Source: Podarcis filfolensis
Lineage: Eukaryota
Assembly (NCBI GenBank): GCA_964270895.1
Contig: OZ185442.1
Length of the DNA stretch: 64,000 bases
Reading direction: 5' to 3' (one strand)
A program made the position numbers and the translations under genes. Positions 35,685 to 48,600 of the stretch are shown in pieces (position 1 is the stretch's first letter; each line of letters begins with the position of its first letter). The notes under the pieces are model-generated. The model was not told the DNA's origin. It made no database searches and worked only from the letters and a program-made list of their open reading frames with translations.

Positions 35685-38600
35685 CTGTGGAGGCGACAGA
35701 TGGACAGGGTGAGTGTCAGCGTTCTCAGCTGGCAGGTGCAGCACAGCCAAGCAGCCACTACTGCACCCCATGCGCAACACTCTCCACTATATGAGATCTT
35801 TCATACGTATATATTTTGATTCTGTTAATATATATAACCCGTGTCTATTTTAGTTGTAAGCTGCCTTGAATCCCATGGGTGGGGGAGGCAAGATATAGAT
35901 AAATATAATAACCATGTATGCCACCCTAAAAAAAATTATCGTTAAACTGGGCAACCACATTAAGTAAAACGCCACCCCACTCCTTCCCTGAGTGCCAAGA
36001 AGCCCATTGGCAGAGATACCTTGCGAGGGGATGGTGTCCTCAGAGCAGGAAGGAGTGGTGGTTTGTGTGCTGTAGCCACTGGAGTACTGCAGGGAGTCCC
36101 GGCTACTCTTCTGGTGCTCAAGACTCAGTCCTCGGGTCAGCACCATGGCCAGGTCACTTGCGGCTGGGGACACCTCCTCCCCATGCTGATGGAGAAACAA
36201 AATGGGGTGGGGAGTGAGAGGTGTGATGAGCTGGTCTCAAAACAAATGGCACCCTGAGCTGCAGGAGATGACACCATGTGTGTGCCTGGGCCAGGCCACC
36301 TGCACCCAAAGGTCAGAAAACATTAATGGAAAGCAAGTGGAGATGGGGAGATAGGAGAATGATCAAGTTATCTCATTCCCCAAAACTATGTTGGCCATGA
36401 AGACAACACCTGCAGGGGGCAAGCAGCTGATGCCATGAGGGTGGTTAGCCTGGATCTCTCCCAGGCTAACATGTGTGCCCCAATTCCACATGCACCCCAT
36501 GAGCCCCTCATCATTTGCAGCTCTGTTCAAGACAGGATGTGCAAAGAATTCCCATTTCTTTTGTGTGTACAGTGGTACCTCGGGTTAAGTACTTAATTCG
36601 TTCCGGAGGTGTGTACTTAACCTGAAACTGTTCTTAACCTGAAGCACCACTTTAGCTAATGGGGCCTCCCGCTGCCACCGGAGCATGATTTCTGTTTCAA
36701 CCTGAAGCAAAGTTCTTAACCTGAAGCACTATTTCTGGGTTAGCAGAATCTGTAACCTGAAGCGTATGTAACCTGAAGCGTATGTAACCCGAGGTACCAC
36801 TGTACTGGGGGGGGGGGCTTAAGTGAGGGGGCTTTGTGGGGCAGAGGCAAGGTGGAAGTGGGAGGAGGAAAGTGGCACCCAAAGGCAGTGGCCAGCCCTC
36901 CCTCCCTCCCTCCCATGGCTATTCCCCAGTGACTCACATACAGCAACTGGTGAGAGTAGGCATCACGTCTGCCAGGGTCACTCAAGCAGGTCCCTCACCA
37001 AACATATGAAGGATAAGCAACAGACATGCATCATTCAATTCCTCCAGGGCTCCACAGCCCCATCAGGGCAAAGGACTATACAGGAAGCTGCTGGCATGCA
37101 ATGGCATGCTGGGGGTGGCAATTTCTGACAATTCATATGAGCAAAACCCATCAACTGCAAAACACTTCTCTGAGAGAACTTCCTCTGCTGCCCTGAAATT
37201 CCCTTCTGCACTCAGCTCAAGGATGCCAGTTGCTATTTGGATAAATCTCCCTCTGGAACAAGACATGCAGAAGAGGCCCGAGTCTTCTCCAGGGATTTGC
37301 CTCTCTCCTAGCTAAGGTTTGGGACAAGTAAGTGCTCCATCAGCTGGGTACCAAACCTATTGCAAGTTCCTGTTCCCCCGCTCTCCCATTTTGACACTGA
37401 AGCTGGCTATACCTTGGCAGCAATGGAGGCTGGGGACATGCGGGGCCTGGAGCCTTCCTCCAAGCTGATTCCTGGGTATAGCAGGCTGGTGGAGCCCAGC
37501 TCAGCTTCACGGAGATGCTCTACGCGGTCCTTCCTTCGCTGCAGTGTGGTTGCCACCGGCTGTTCATAGAGGCTAGCCTTGGACCAATCCTGCAAAATCC
37601 AAGAGGAGATGGGTAGGACGGCACAGCTGGGGCCCCAACATCGGGCACAGCAGTGCAAAGTCAGGTGGGTATGGAATAGGGTAGAAATGGGAGATGAGAC
37701 TGGATGGAGAGGGATTGGGCAAGGGGGTGGGGAGAGAGGAATTGGCAAAAGGGCCACCCCAGGGCAAAGAGCAGGGGTTGTGGCAATCACAAAATGGCTC
37801 TGCCACCATTTTGCTCTGTTGGGCTGGTGACGGAGAAATCCCCTCTTGGCTTAAAAAGGGTTTCAACAAAGACAGGAAAGGTGGAGGTGCCAGGCCAGGA
37901 GGGTGCCTGCTTCCTTTTAAAAGTGTGGGCTGCTTCCCCAAGAGCTTGAAGCAGCTGACAGTCATGATACCTCCAACAATATATGTCCCCCATCCCACTG
38001 GAATCCCAATTCTCTCACTCTCCTCAAACACATTTTCTGGAAAAAGTCAGGTGAATGCATCTTCCCTCTTACAGAAAGTGCTATATAAACACTGCATGTT
38101 CAAAACATAGCACATTCGGTTCTGTGCGATCCATACAATGGTCCTGAAAGGCAGACTGCTGTCTAAAAGCACTCAGTGAGCTCATGGCTGATCTGAGAAT
38201 GGAAGGACTTCGAGGCAGGGGCTGTTCTCAGCCCCCCACACCACCACTTCACTCCACGCACACCAAGCAGTTCCTGTCTGAACTCAGAGAGATGGCAGCA
38301 CAGGGACATTGAAGAGACTTTTTTTTGGGGGGGGGGAGGCAGGTGGGTCAGTTGAGGGGAAATAGTTCATATTCTGCCATCCCAAAGCTGTCCTGACGCA
38401 GGCTTCTTGTGTTCAGGAAGAAGGAAGCAGCATTTCCTGTTTCCAGAGAACTTTGATGTGCTCACAATGCCAGTGTGCAAGAGGAAAGAACTACTGCTTC
38501 AGACAGCCTGATGGGTTTGATCTGGGGCCACATGGGAGCCTTTGTTACCTGCACCTAAAAATGCTGGGGTGGGAGCCTGGCTGGGTTCAACCATTGAGCA

Positions 38601-39567
38601 TATTAAATGATGCAGAAAAACCCCCAAACAGAAGGGAACTTGTGCAGAGCAGAGGCTCTTGCTCCTGAGTGACCTCTGCAGCATCACCTCCATTGCTTTC
38701 CAGAGGGGAATCCCTAGGCTGCTGCTGGAAGATTAGGCTTGGAGCTACATGTTTCCAGAGCCAACAGAGCCACAGAAGGCTCCTGTTCCAGCTCTGGAGC
38801 AGCTGACTCCCCTGGTCAAGATCTCGGAAACGGACACACCACAATATACACACCAGGCTAAGGCTTCTTCTGGAGCTTCCTTCAGTCCTGGCCACATGAG
38901 CTACATTCAGGGGTTTCCACTGAAACACAGTAAGAAACCACGGTGAAGAGAACCCAGAGCCCACACATGACCGCTGCACACCCAGCCAACCTGCAGGGGG
39001 CGGGAAGGGGGCGGCCCGTGGCAACTGGCTGGGCAGAGCTGCAGAGGAAGCCAGAATCACACCGGAATCATCAAGCCAGGACCAAAAAAACAACAACCAT
39101 CAAAAAGCCAAGAGCCAAAAGCCAGCCAACAAGGTGGGACCGGGAACAGAAATGGTGGAGGAAGAAGAGGAGAGGGAGACGGCAACCAGAGGAGCAGGAG
39201 GAGGTGTCCATTTCCCCAAAGGTTTGTGACATGCTAAAGCCCTGCAGTGCATCAGCCACTGGGTGGGGTGCGTATCCCTGGATCCTGGGTGTGTGACGGG
39301 TGGGTGGGTGGGTGGGTGGGAAGGATGTTGCCGATTTGCGCGTCACCTTCCGGCTGCCTGACCATGCCCCGGGGGCAGAGCTAGAACTGACCGAGGTCGG
39401 GGAGTTGCATTCGCTAACAGACTGGCAGGTTTCTGAGGCCTCGGACGATGCGGAGCTGGAGGACTTCTGCCATGCCCAAAGTCCAAAGGTCAGCAGGAGC
39501 AAAACAGACATATGGGAGAGAAGGGAGAGAAGAGACCTGGTTAAGCAGCTGGTGGAGGGAAAGCAGC

Positions 39568-39634
<67 letters not shown>

Positions 39635-42600
39635 GCAGATGCAAGCGCAGGGCAGCCAGCCTTGACACTCAAGAGCCAGGTGTTAGATCACAGCAGGCAG
39701 TGCAAGCACCGGAGAAGCCACACACGCTCACGGGAAGCCCATGAGGGGCCTCACATGGATTTTGCACAGGCACTTCCAGGCCCTCTGCAATAACTCTTCA
39801 GCAGAGGAAGCGATGAGGAAGGAGCCGAGGGAAGGAAGGCCTCCTCCCTCTGCAAGGGCAACAGGAAAGGACCAGCTGCAGGAAGCAGAGAGGCAGGAGG
39901 GGAAAGACTCCTCTCGCCCAGGGTGTGGAAACAAGGCACACAGGAGGCCAGAGGGACATCCCAAACTTCCTGCACCTTCCTCACAGGTGCACTCGGCAGC
40001 TGCCCTCTTCCTGCCCGCAGGCCAGACATTCTGCTTGCACCTCCATGAGACACTTTACAAAAACACAACATTATTCATAGATATCTTAACTTGCTTTTCT
40101 TGGAGCCGCCCTCGGCTCAGGGCAGCTTGATAAACCTTCGCCCTCCAAGTCTTGAATAAAATCCCTCTGGACCATCTGTTGCAGAAGCCCCAGAGAAAGA
40201 GCTGCTGGCTCTTTACACTTAAAAGAAATGGGGACGTGAGAACCTTTGAGTGGCTGTAACCCTCCACGGCTGTGGGATTCAGAAATCCATGCTTTAGTGC
40301 TGCCTTCACAGGCCTGGAGCCCTCCAGATGTTCTTAATTCGCACTGGAACGGCCACACTGGGGCAGGCATCTTAATAGGCAGCAGGCTGGCAAAAGCTAC
40401 TTGAGTGGGTGAGGGGGCTTGTTACATTCCCTGCAGCACTAAGCCTCTTCCCCAGTCGCAGAGAAGTAAGCCATTATGTGCACCTGGCTATTCAGCTGGA
40501 GGGATGAGAGATGCAGGTCCCCCAAATCTGAAGCCTTGACACCTATGTAGGAGTTCTTCATTACCCCTGGAGAGCTGAGGCTGTTAGTTCCTGGGGCTCT
40601 GCAATCACCGGGTAGCCAAGGAGAGAAGCAGGCTTCTTTTCCTCACACAGATTTCTGGGCCTACTCCCTTCCCAGGCAAAAAGGAGACGTGGCTGTCAAC
40701 AGCACACCTGGGACCAGCTAAAATGGGACTGGAACATCCATCCGCTGCACAGCCCATGTAGTGCTGGGAACTTACCCCACCTAAGTAGTCAACCAGCCTG
40801 GTTTATAAAAAGGAAGGACTGAGGGCAGAGGAATCTGATTAAACTGGAGGGGGTGGGGGATGGCAGCTCATTCCAGGGGTCTGTCACCTGTCCTATGGCC
40901 ACCAGCACCCTTGACTTCCCCTAAGAGGCTGTGCATGCACAACCGGATTGGGCCTGCCTGCAGCAGAGTAACAGCAAGAAGAGTGTTGATAGCTGCCACA
41001 TTTGCCCAGGGCTTCCCCTTTACATTCTGTGGCCTTTGGCGGCTGCCCCGCTGAGCTTACCTGACTGGTGAGGTCCGAGGGCATTGGCGAAGGTGGCTTG
41101 GAGAACATGGCGTCCTGGGAGATGAAGCCAGAGTCATGCGATGAGACGCTGGACAGGCGGGTGTTGGCATTGACGGGCTGTGCCAGGCTGCGGTAGCGAC
41201 ATATGGAAGTTGGTGAGTATGTTTGAGAACCCGTGAGCCACGGGGGGCCACCCAGAGCACTGCTAGCACCGCTAAAGGGTGGCAGGATGAGACGGCATGG
41301 CGGGCAGGAGGGGGGCAGGAGGCGGCGCGCAGGAGAGACAAAGCGCATCATCAAAGCGCATTGATGGGGTAGGAGAGAGAATAGCAGGGGGTGCAGAGGA
41401 AGGAAGAGAGAGTTTTGTTTTCATTTATTAAAAAAAAACAACCAGTCCAACCCACACAAACTGTGAGGAATTAAGTGGCATTACAGACAGGAAAGGAGCA
41501 TATGGGGGAAAGGGACACATTCTTCTCTCCCAGCTAAGAGACAGCAGTGGTGCTGAGGGCCTGACAATGATCACACACACACACACAAATATATACACAC
41601 AATCCCAGGGTGTTTCTGCACTAGGCCCACTGCTCTGGAAGTGCCATGTTCCCCCACTTCTTAGTCCACATGGCATGCCAGAGTTTCCTGAGGGAGCCTG
41701 AGACACAGTCGCAGTATGAGCAGGCAACATGTGCTTAAAGCACCTCAGGGCTCCTGTGCCTTTAAACATGTCTCCTTTCCAAGTTCAGGTGACTGACTCC
41801 ATTGCTTCCTGTTGATCTAAACTAGGGGACTGTTGGTCAACAGAGCTTTGAATCGCTAGTTTCTCTTCCCACAGGGATGGGGAGAGGTTTTCATTAGTTA
41901 TTTGAACTTGGGATTTTTTTAACAAAATACCACAAAAAGCACTATTAAAAAAAGAAAGGTGTGGAAAAGAGTCACTCAAGAATTAAAGCACTTCACTTGC
42001 TACCTCCGTGGGATCCTACAAGTGGCGACAGGCCCACTTAGAGAAAGGCAGGTCATGCTATGCTCCTCTTGGCAGTCATGCCCTTGAGCTGGGAGATTCC
42101 TCCAGCTGCGCCAAACACACCTACCTGCACATGCTGGATTTGCGGGACCCAGAGCTGCTGGGAGAGGACGGCGGGGTCTGGTAAGACCAGCTATAATCAG
42201 AGCCCTTCAAATCTTTGATCACCTGCAAAATATTTGGCATTAAAAGGTAGCTCCATGACACTTCTCAGGGTGCAAAACGTTCTTCCAACTGTGTCTCATT
42301 TGTCCTCCCAATTAGAGCAGAGTCCAGGGGGTTACTCTACTTTCTCAGAAAAGGAGGAAATGCCACCAGTGGCCACTCAACAATCCCACACAGGCAGGCG
42401 CACATTCTGACAATGCCCCATTAAGACCACCTTTAGCTGCCTCGAGACCACTGGTCCATCTAACCCCTTCAATTCCACCTTATAAGCTTGCACTTCTTTT
42501 CTTTGTTTAATTCTCAAAAGACATATGTTTGCACATAAGGCCCATAAGTCATTACTTGGTTTGGCTAAGCTCCTGTATCCATCACTGTGGGTGTGAAGGA

Positions 42601-45600
42601 ATAATGAGTTTCCATTATATAAAGGTATTTAGAACCTAGGAAGTATTTTCCAATTTCTTCCTTTCAGATTACCGTATTTTTCGCACCATAGGACGCACCG
42701 GCCCATAGGACGCACCAAGTTTTTTTGGGGGGAAATAAAGAAAAAAAAATTTATTTCCCCCCCAGGCGCTTGTGGGGCCGGCTGTCCCTGGAGCTTGCGG
42801 GGCAGGCAGCAAGGAGAAGCGTTCTTCTCCCCGCTGCCCGCCTGCAGACCAGGTCCGGGGACAGCGGGAAGACGTGCTGTGCCTCCCAGCTGTCCCTGGA
42901 GCTTGCGGGGCAGGCGGCGGGGAGAAGCGCTCTTCTCCCCGCCGCCCGCCTGCAGAACAGGTCCGGGGACAGCGGGAAGACGTGCTGCGCCTCCCAGCTG
43001 TCCCTGGAGCTTGCGGGGCAGGCAGCGGGGAGAAGCGCTCTTCTCCCTGCCGCCCGCCTGCAGAAAGGTCCGGGGACAGCGGGAAGGCGCGCTGCGCCTC
43101 CCAGCTGTCCCCGGAGCTTGCGGGGCTGGCGGCAGGGAGAAGCATGCGTCTCCCCGCCGTCAGCCTCCAAACCACATCGGGAGACAGCGGGATGGCGGCG
43201 TTCCGCCTCCCCGCTGTCCCCCGACCTTGTGGGGCTGGCGCTGCGGCTCTCCTGAAGCCTGGAGAGCGAGAGGGGTCGGTGCACACCGACCCCTCTCGCT
43301 CTCCAGGCTTCAGCGAAAGCCTGCATTCGCCCCATAGGACGCACACACATTTCCCCTTCATTTTTGGAGGGGAAAAAGTGCGTCCTATAGTGCGAAAAAT
43401 ACGGTACCTCCTCCCCGGTTTCAGTTAGAGACTCTACCACTGCTAGAAGTTTGATGCTGGGCTATCTGGGCACCTGTCACAATTAAATTCTGGAGCTTGG
43501 GCTGGACTAGTTCCATATTTCCCAAACTGCAGGATGCAATAAATTAACTGAGAATTTAATCAAGGGCTTCTAGGATTTGTTCTGATTTAGGGAAGCTGCT
43601 ACTGTGTTCTCATTATTGTCGCTTTTAAATTGTTAATGTTTTATCTTTTGTACTGGAAGCCACTCTGAGAATTTGACTTGAAGAATCACATACAGATTTG
43701 GTATATAAATCCAAATAACCCCCACATAGCTACACATCCTTTTATAAAACCTCCCCAGCATTCCATCCTTTTGGCTCTCCCACCTGTTCACTGGCTGATG
43801 GCAATTTGTGGGGGTCAGCTGTCAGGACCACCAGGTCGTCAATGATGCCTTGCAGGTGGGTGATCTCTCCCAGCATGGTGATCTCTCCATTCTGCAAAAG
43901 AGACAAGAGGAGAGAATCGGGCATTTACTGTGTTCTGGAGAAAGACAACTCAATATTCCTGCATTGCAGTGGGCTGGACTAGATGGCCCTTGTGGTCCCT
44001 TCTGATTCTATGATAAGTATCCTGGCATCACAAATGGACCCTTTGCAAGTGCTGGTTCTGTCTGATGAAGGTTATGTGGGTTAACCTGGGCAGGGCCCAG
44101 CCATATGGTTCCCTGGCCTTGGAGACAGAAGTATGGATGAAGAGCCAAAGGCAACCTAGAAATTCAGCCTGGGCGATACTACCAGAAGCACAGCCCACCT
44201 CTGGGGCTGATGGGAGTTGTAGTCCAAAATAACTAGAAGGCACCAGGTTGAGGAAGGCTGATCTAATATGTAGTCATCAAGAACCACATACACAACCTTG
44301 AGCTCCTTGGAGGAAAAGGCGAGATATAAATGCAATAAATAAATAAATAAATCAACAGCATTTCAAGGGAAGGGCTCGACCAAAGTCTCATTAATTGTTG
44401 GCGCACACAGCCTCCTTAACCTTAACTTGGCAAGCCCACCTAAATCCACAATAGGACTGGCTCCCATGCACAGGGCTGAAGCCTTGGAAAGGAATAGGTA
44501 GATAAAGACAGGATGTAGATTAGCCATATGTACGGGGCAAGACCTTTTAAAGCATTGCTTCAGGTGGGAGCAGAGGTGTGTGACAGACAGTGTTGGGTGC
44601 AATCCAACCCTGTTGACACCCCATAGCTCAGAGTAAGTCTAGGAGGAGCCGGAGTTTGTTTTTCCTCTGCAAGTTGCCTAAATTTGCATCTATATGCATA
44701 AATCACCACATACAAAACTGAGGCACATTTTTCTCCAATGAGCCTGTGCACCAAATATTTTAAGTACCTACCAATACCCCAGATGTATAATGTCACTATG
44801 GGAGGGGTGGGGGTGGCTGCCAGAATGTTGTTTGCAAATTAAAATACACTATAAGTAAGGGACTTGTTTTCTCAGTTTACTCAACCCACGAAACAAATAT
44901 GGGCAGCTGAATATTGGGTAAGATAGGGGTGGGAGGCACCTACCACCACAGGTTGCAAATAAGCGATGAAGGTGCAGAACCGCCCTCGCTCCTCAATGAG
45001 TGCCTTGCGGACAGCCTGTTTCTCCGTTTCTTCCAAAAGAAGGTACATGTCATTGACATCTTGGAGTGCATTGTCCAGTTGAGGCTGCAGGTCCCCTTTA
45101 CCTGAAAGAAGGACAGGGAGACAGAGACATCACCTCCTCTTCACCCACCAGCCCCCAGGTCCAGCCTCAAAGCTCTGGCCTACTTCTGGAGGTAGCCCCT
45201 GAACAGATGTGGCGCCTCACATCTGTATATTTCCTGACTATGGTGAAACTGGGTAACCTAAACTGGAGCACAGAGAGGTCCTCTAGGTAGGGAAAATGCC
45301 AGTCTAGAAACAAGCAAACCTTCCTAGATTTTACTGCTGCGAGTGATGTCTCCCGATATCTTCAGTGACTGGTGGTCTCTGCTGAATAAACACTACCTGG
45401 GCATAGAGCAGACTCCAACCTGGTGTCACAGATTTCTATCAAAGAGCCTGCCGTGTCCTCAATAAATGGCAATTCCTCATCTTCCATTGTTCAGACACAA
45501 AATTAAATTCTGTTTAAACCAGTTTGATTATAGCATAATGCACCCGTATCCAGACTTACTGAATAGCTCCCAAGAACCAAAAGCAACCATTTTGTGAGTA

Positions 45601-48600
45601 CTCTGACCTGTACAAGAGATGTTTAAAATACTCAGAGGGTTGTGAAGAAATACATCCAAGTTGGTTTGCCAAACACTATGAGGGGCTATTTTTTGTTCAA
45701 TCTACAAGCTATTTTTGAAGCCTTTTTGCCTGAAGAGCAGGCAGGTTAAATGACTTTTTAAATAAGTAAACACTGGTCTTTGACGCTGTTGTCCAGGATT
45801 TGTCATTCTGATGAACTATGATGTTGGTTCTGTTGCTCTCAGTCCCTATTGTTATGACAGAGGGAAGCTCAGTTTCATGCTTGCTTAATTTTTATGGATG
45901 TTCACATGTGATAAAATTGATGATTTCAGACAAGTAGCATCATGACTGCATATATTGCATAGGTCTATAAAAGTGTGAGGGCCACTGTTAATATCTGTAG
46001 CTGGCCCTCCAGGAGGCACTGGGCTCCTGGCCCACATCAGCCCTGGCAACATTTCTGTCCATGTCTGCATCCCGAAAGAAGTGATATTGGCCAGATATGC
46101 CATATCACTGGTCACTGTGGAAAGCAACAAACTGTATTTATGTCTTTTCTAGTCTGAATGTTGTGCACTGAATACTTTGTATACAGCGTTGGATTTTCTT
46201 AAATATTAAGCAGCTTACAAATAATTTAAACTCAATCTATCAATAATAACTATATTTGTAAAAAGGGCTAAGCCAAAACATTCATTGTTTTTCAGGAAAA
46301 TCTTCTGCATAACTGAAAATGCCCACCATGCTATTTCAATATTGCTTGCAAAAACGCTTCCCCCCCATCTCTTTGTACTGCCCTCCCCTGCCTACTCCCT
46401 CAACTGACTTCTTTTGACTTTGCAGATGTCATGATGGAACCAAGCCTTATTTCACCCCATAGTCCCCAACTGCTACCAATTCATGAAGATGTATGAGGCA
46501 ACAAAAGGAGTGGAGGATGTCACAACTGTCCCCATCTCCACTCCAAGGAGCACCTTGCTCCTCTCCTTAAGCGCCTGTGTTGGCTCCCACCAAGGATGCA
46601 AGCTCTCCACCCTCTTCACCTCCTATGAAATATTTCTCTTTTTGACCTCTTAGTCTGAAGCAAGTTCTCCTTTACCCCTGCCTTCTTCTCCCTACTCTGC
46701 CTTTGCACCTTTGACTATGCCATTCTACGGCACCTGGAACAGCAGCCTCCTCGCTCTCAATCTGTTAAGTCACTTTCCTACCTTCTTTCTGGCCCCATCC
46801 TGACCTCTGCAAAGCACAATCGCTCCACCATTCCTGCTCCTCCTGTTACCACTCCCTCCACCTCCATGATTCACACAAGTCCTTTGCCAAGCCTCTACTC
46901 TCTAGCCTGACTCTCTAGACTGGGAGAGGAGCCATCGTACTGCTAGCAATAGCTAGATGTTACATGAGATGCAGGTTGTCCTTCGCATATAGGGTTGCAG
47001 GGAGAAGAAAGCCCCATTGGCCCACACAAGTCTGAAGGGGTCATGATCAAAGCAGTGGGAGGCCTTCTCCTGCTATGCAGCATTTTCATTTTCTGGGTGT
47101 AGCAGTAAAATTGGGCCCAAACAACAAGAGGCCCATGTTGGCTTCTGGCTCTTCAACTCTCCAAATGTGGGCAGGTGTGTCTAGATCCATCCTTTTCTGC
47201 TTCTTTGAATTCACCCCACAGGCTTTTTCCAATTGCCCACTGGCAAGAGGAGTCCCAGCAGTTGGCCCAGCAGTGGATCTGTGTATCACTAGCCACATAC
47301 AGAGCACAGTGGTCCTTTGGCACTCCTAGAGTCACGGAGAGGGCTGCCCTGCTCCCATGATGCACCTTGCCTTTCCCTCCTCCGTCCCAGTTTGTGCTGG
47401 ATTCATCACTCTCTCCTTCCCACACAAACCCATTCACAATTCCAACACTGTAATTCAAAAGCAGAAGTTCAAATTCATTCCAAGTTCAGACCTTAGTTTC
47501 ACAGCGGTGCTGAAATTTGTGTGACTCAGTTGCTTGGAAGGCTGCGCTGTGAGCAATCTGGGGTGGGGTGGGTGGGTATTGCTACTCATACAAATACTCA
47601 AGGACACACAAAGGGAGACACAGACACATGGACTTCAAAAGCTCGTTGGAAGCACAGACACCAAGAGAGTCCTTAGGATCAAGGCTCCCCTGGAGCTGTC
47701 CATGCTCACAACCACCCATTGATCACAAGCTATGCAAAACAGAGGTGCCAGCAAGCAATTCACAATGTGTGCAGAACCAACCATGAAATGCTTGGCTTGA
47801 TGGACAGCAATGAAGACCACCCTTCTGCAACCGCAGCTCTGCTGTCACTCAGATATGTTGCCTCCCACCACCACCACCACCAGCCCACATGCAAAGAAGG
47901 TAAAGCAAGATGACTGAGCAGCCAGGCGGGTGGAAAACCAGTGTGGGGAGGAACGGGGAAGACTGGAAGAATGGCTGATTGCTGAGAAAAAGTCAAGAAA
48001 CAGCCAAGCTGTTGAGGCAGTGGGCCCCAGGATATTGGAGGGCTAAGGCTGAGATCCTGATGCTTGGGCTTGGCAGCCAAAAGACCCAGGGAAAAGGAGC
48101 TATAAAGTTGAGGGGAACCTGCAAGACCTATATAACGCTTGCTGAATTTAATAATGCTTGGGGAAAGCCAGAACTGGCCTTTTGAAAATGAAGACCAAAG
48201 CACCAACCCACCCTTCTGATGAGCTGTTGCTGAAGGGTGCATTCCCCGTCCAATTCCACTTTTTAAAGTGGCTCTTCCCCCATCCCTAATCTCAAGGCTG
48301 TCACTCTCTTGGGCGGATCTGGGCCCAAGGTGGGTGGATCTCAGCATTTGCCCCAGAGCCATTCTGGAGCGGTGCAGCAGAGCCAGAGAAAGAGGAGTGT
48401 CCAGATGGGAATAATGAGGCCCTGTGGTGATGCTGATAAGGCCTGAAATGAAAGCCAACTTAAAAAGCGCCCACTGACTATGTCTTGTTGCTTATGCCTT
48501 TGTGGTTCACGAGGGTAAGGATACTAAGAGGGATCATCGGGATGCTCTTGTGAGTGTCTCACAGCACAAGACAAGGCGGCCTCCTCTTTGCTTTGGCCTA

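Noticed and set aside
39071-39346. MTSS2 exon 12 frame stays open about 90 more codons into the intron
   Set aside because: Low-complexity pyrimidine-rich sequence with few stop codons and no paralog similarity beyond the 15-aa extension.
42669-43440. Cluster of 176-230 aa ORFs on both strands
   Set aside because: They arise from a GC-rich 108-bp tandem repeat inside a MITE and show no transposase motifs.
47760-48458. 232-aa minus-strand intronic ORF
   Set aside because: No recognisable domain or exon-like boundaries.
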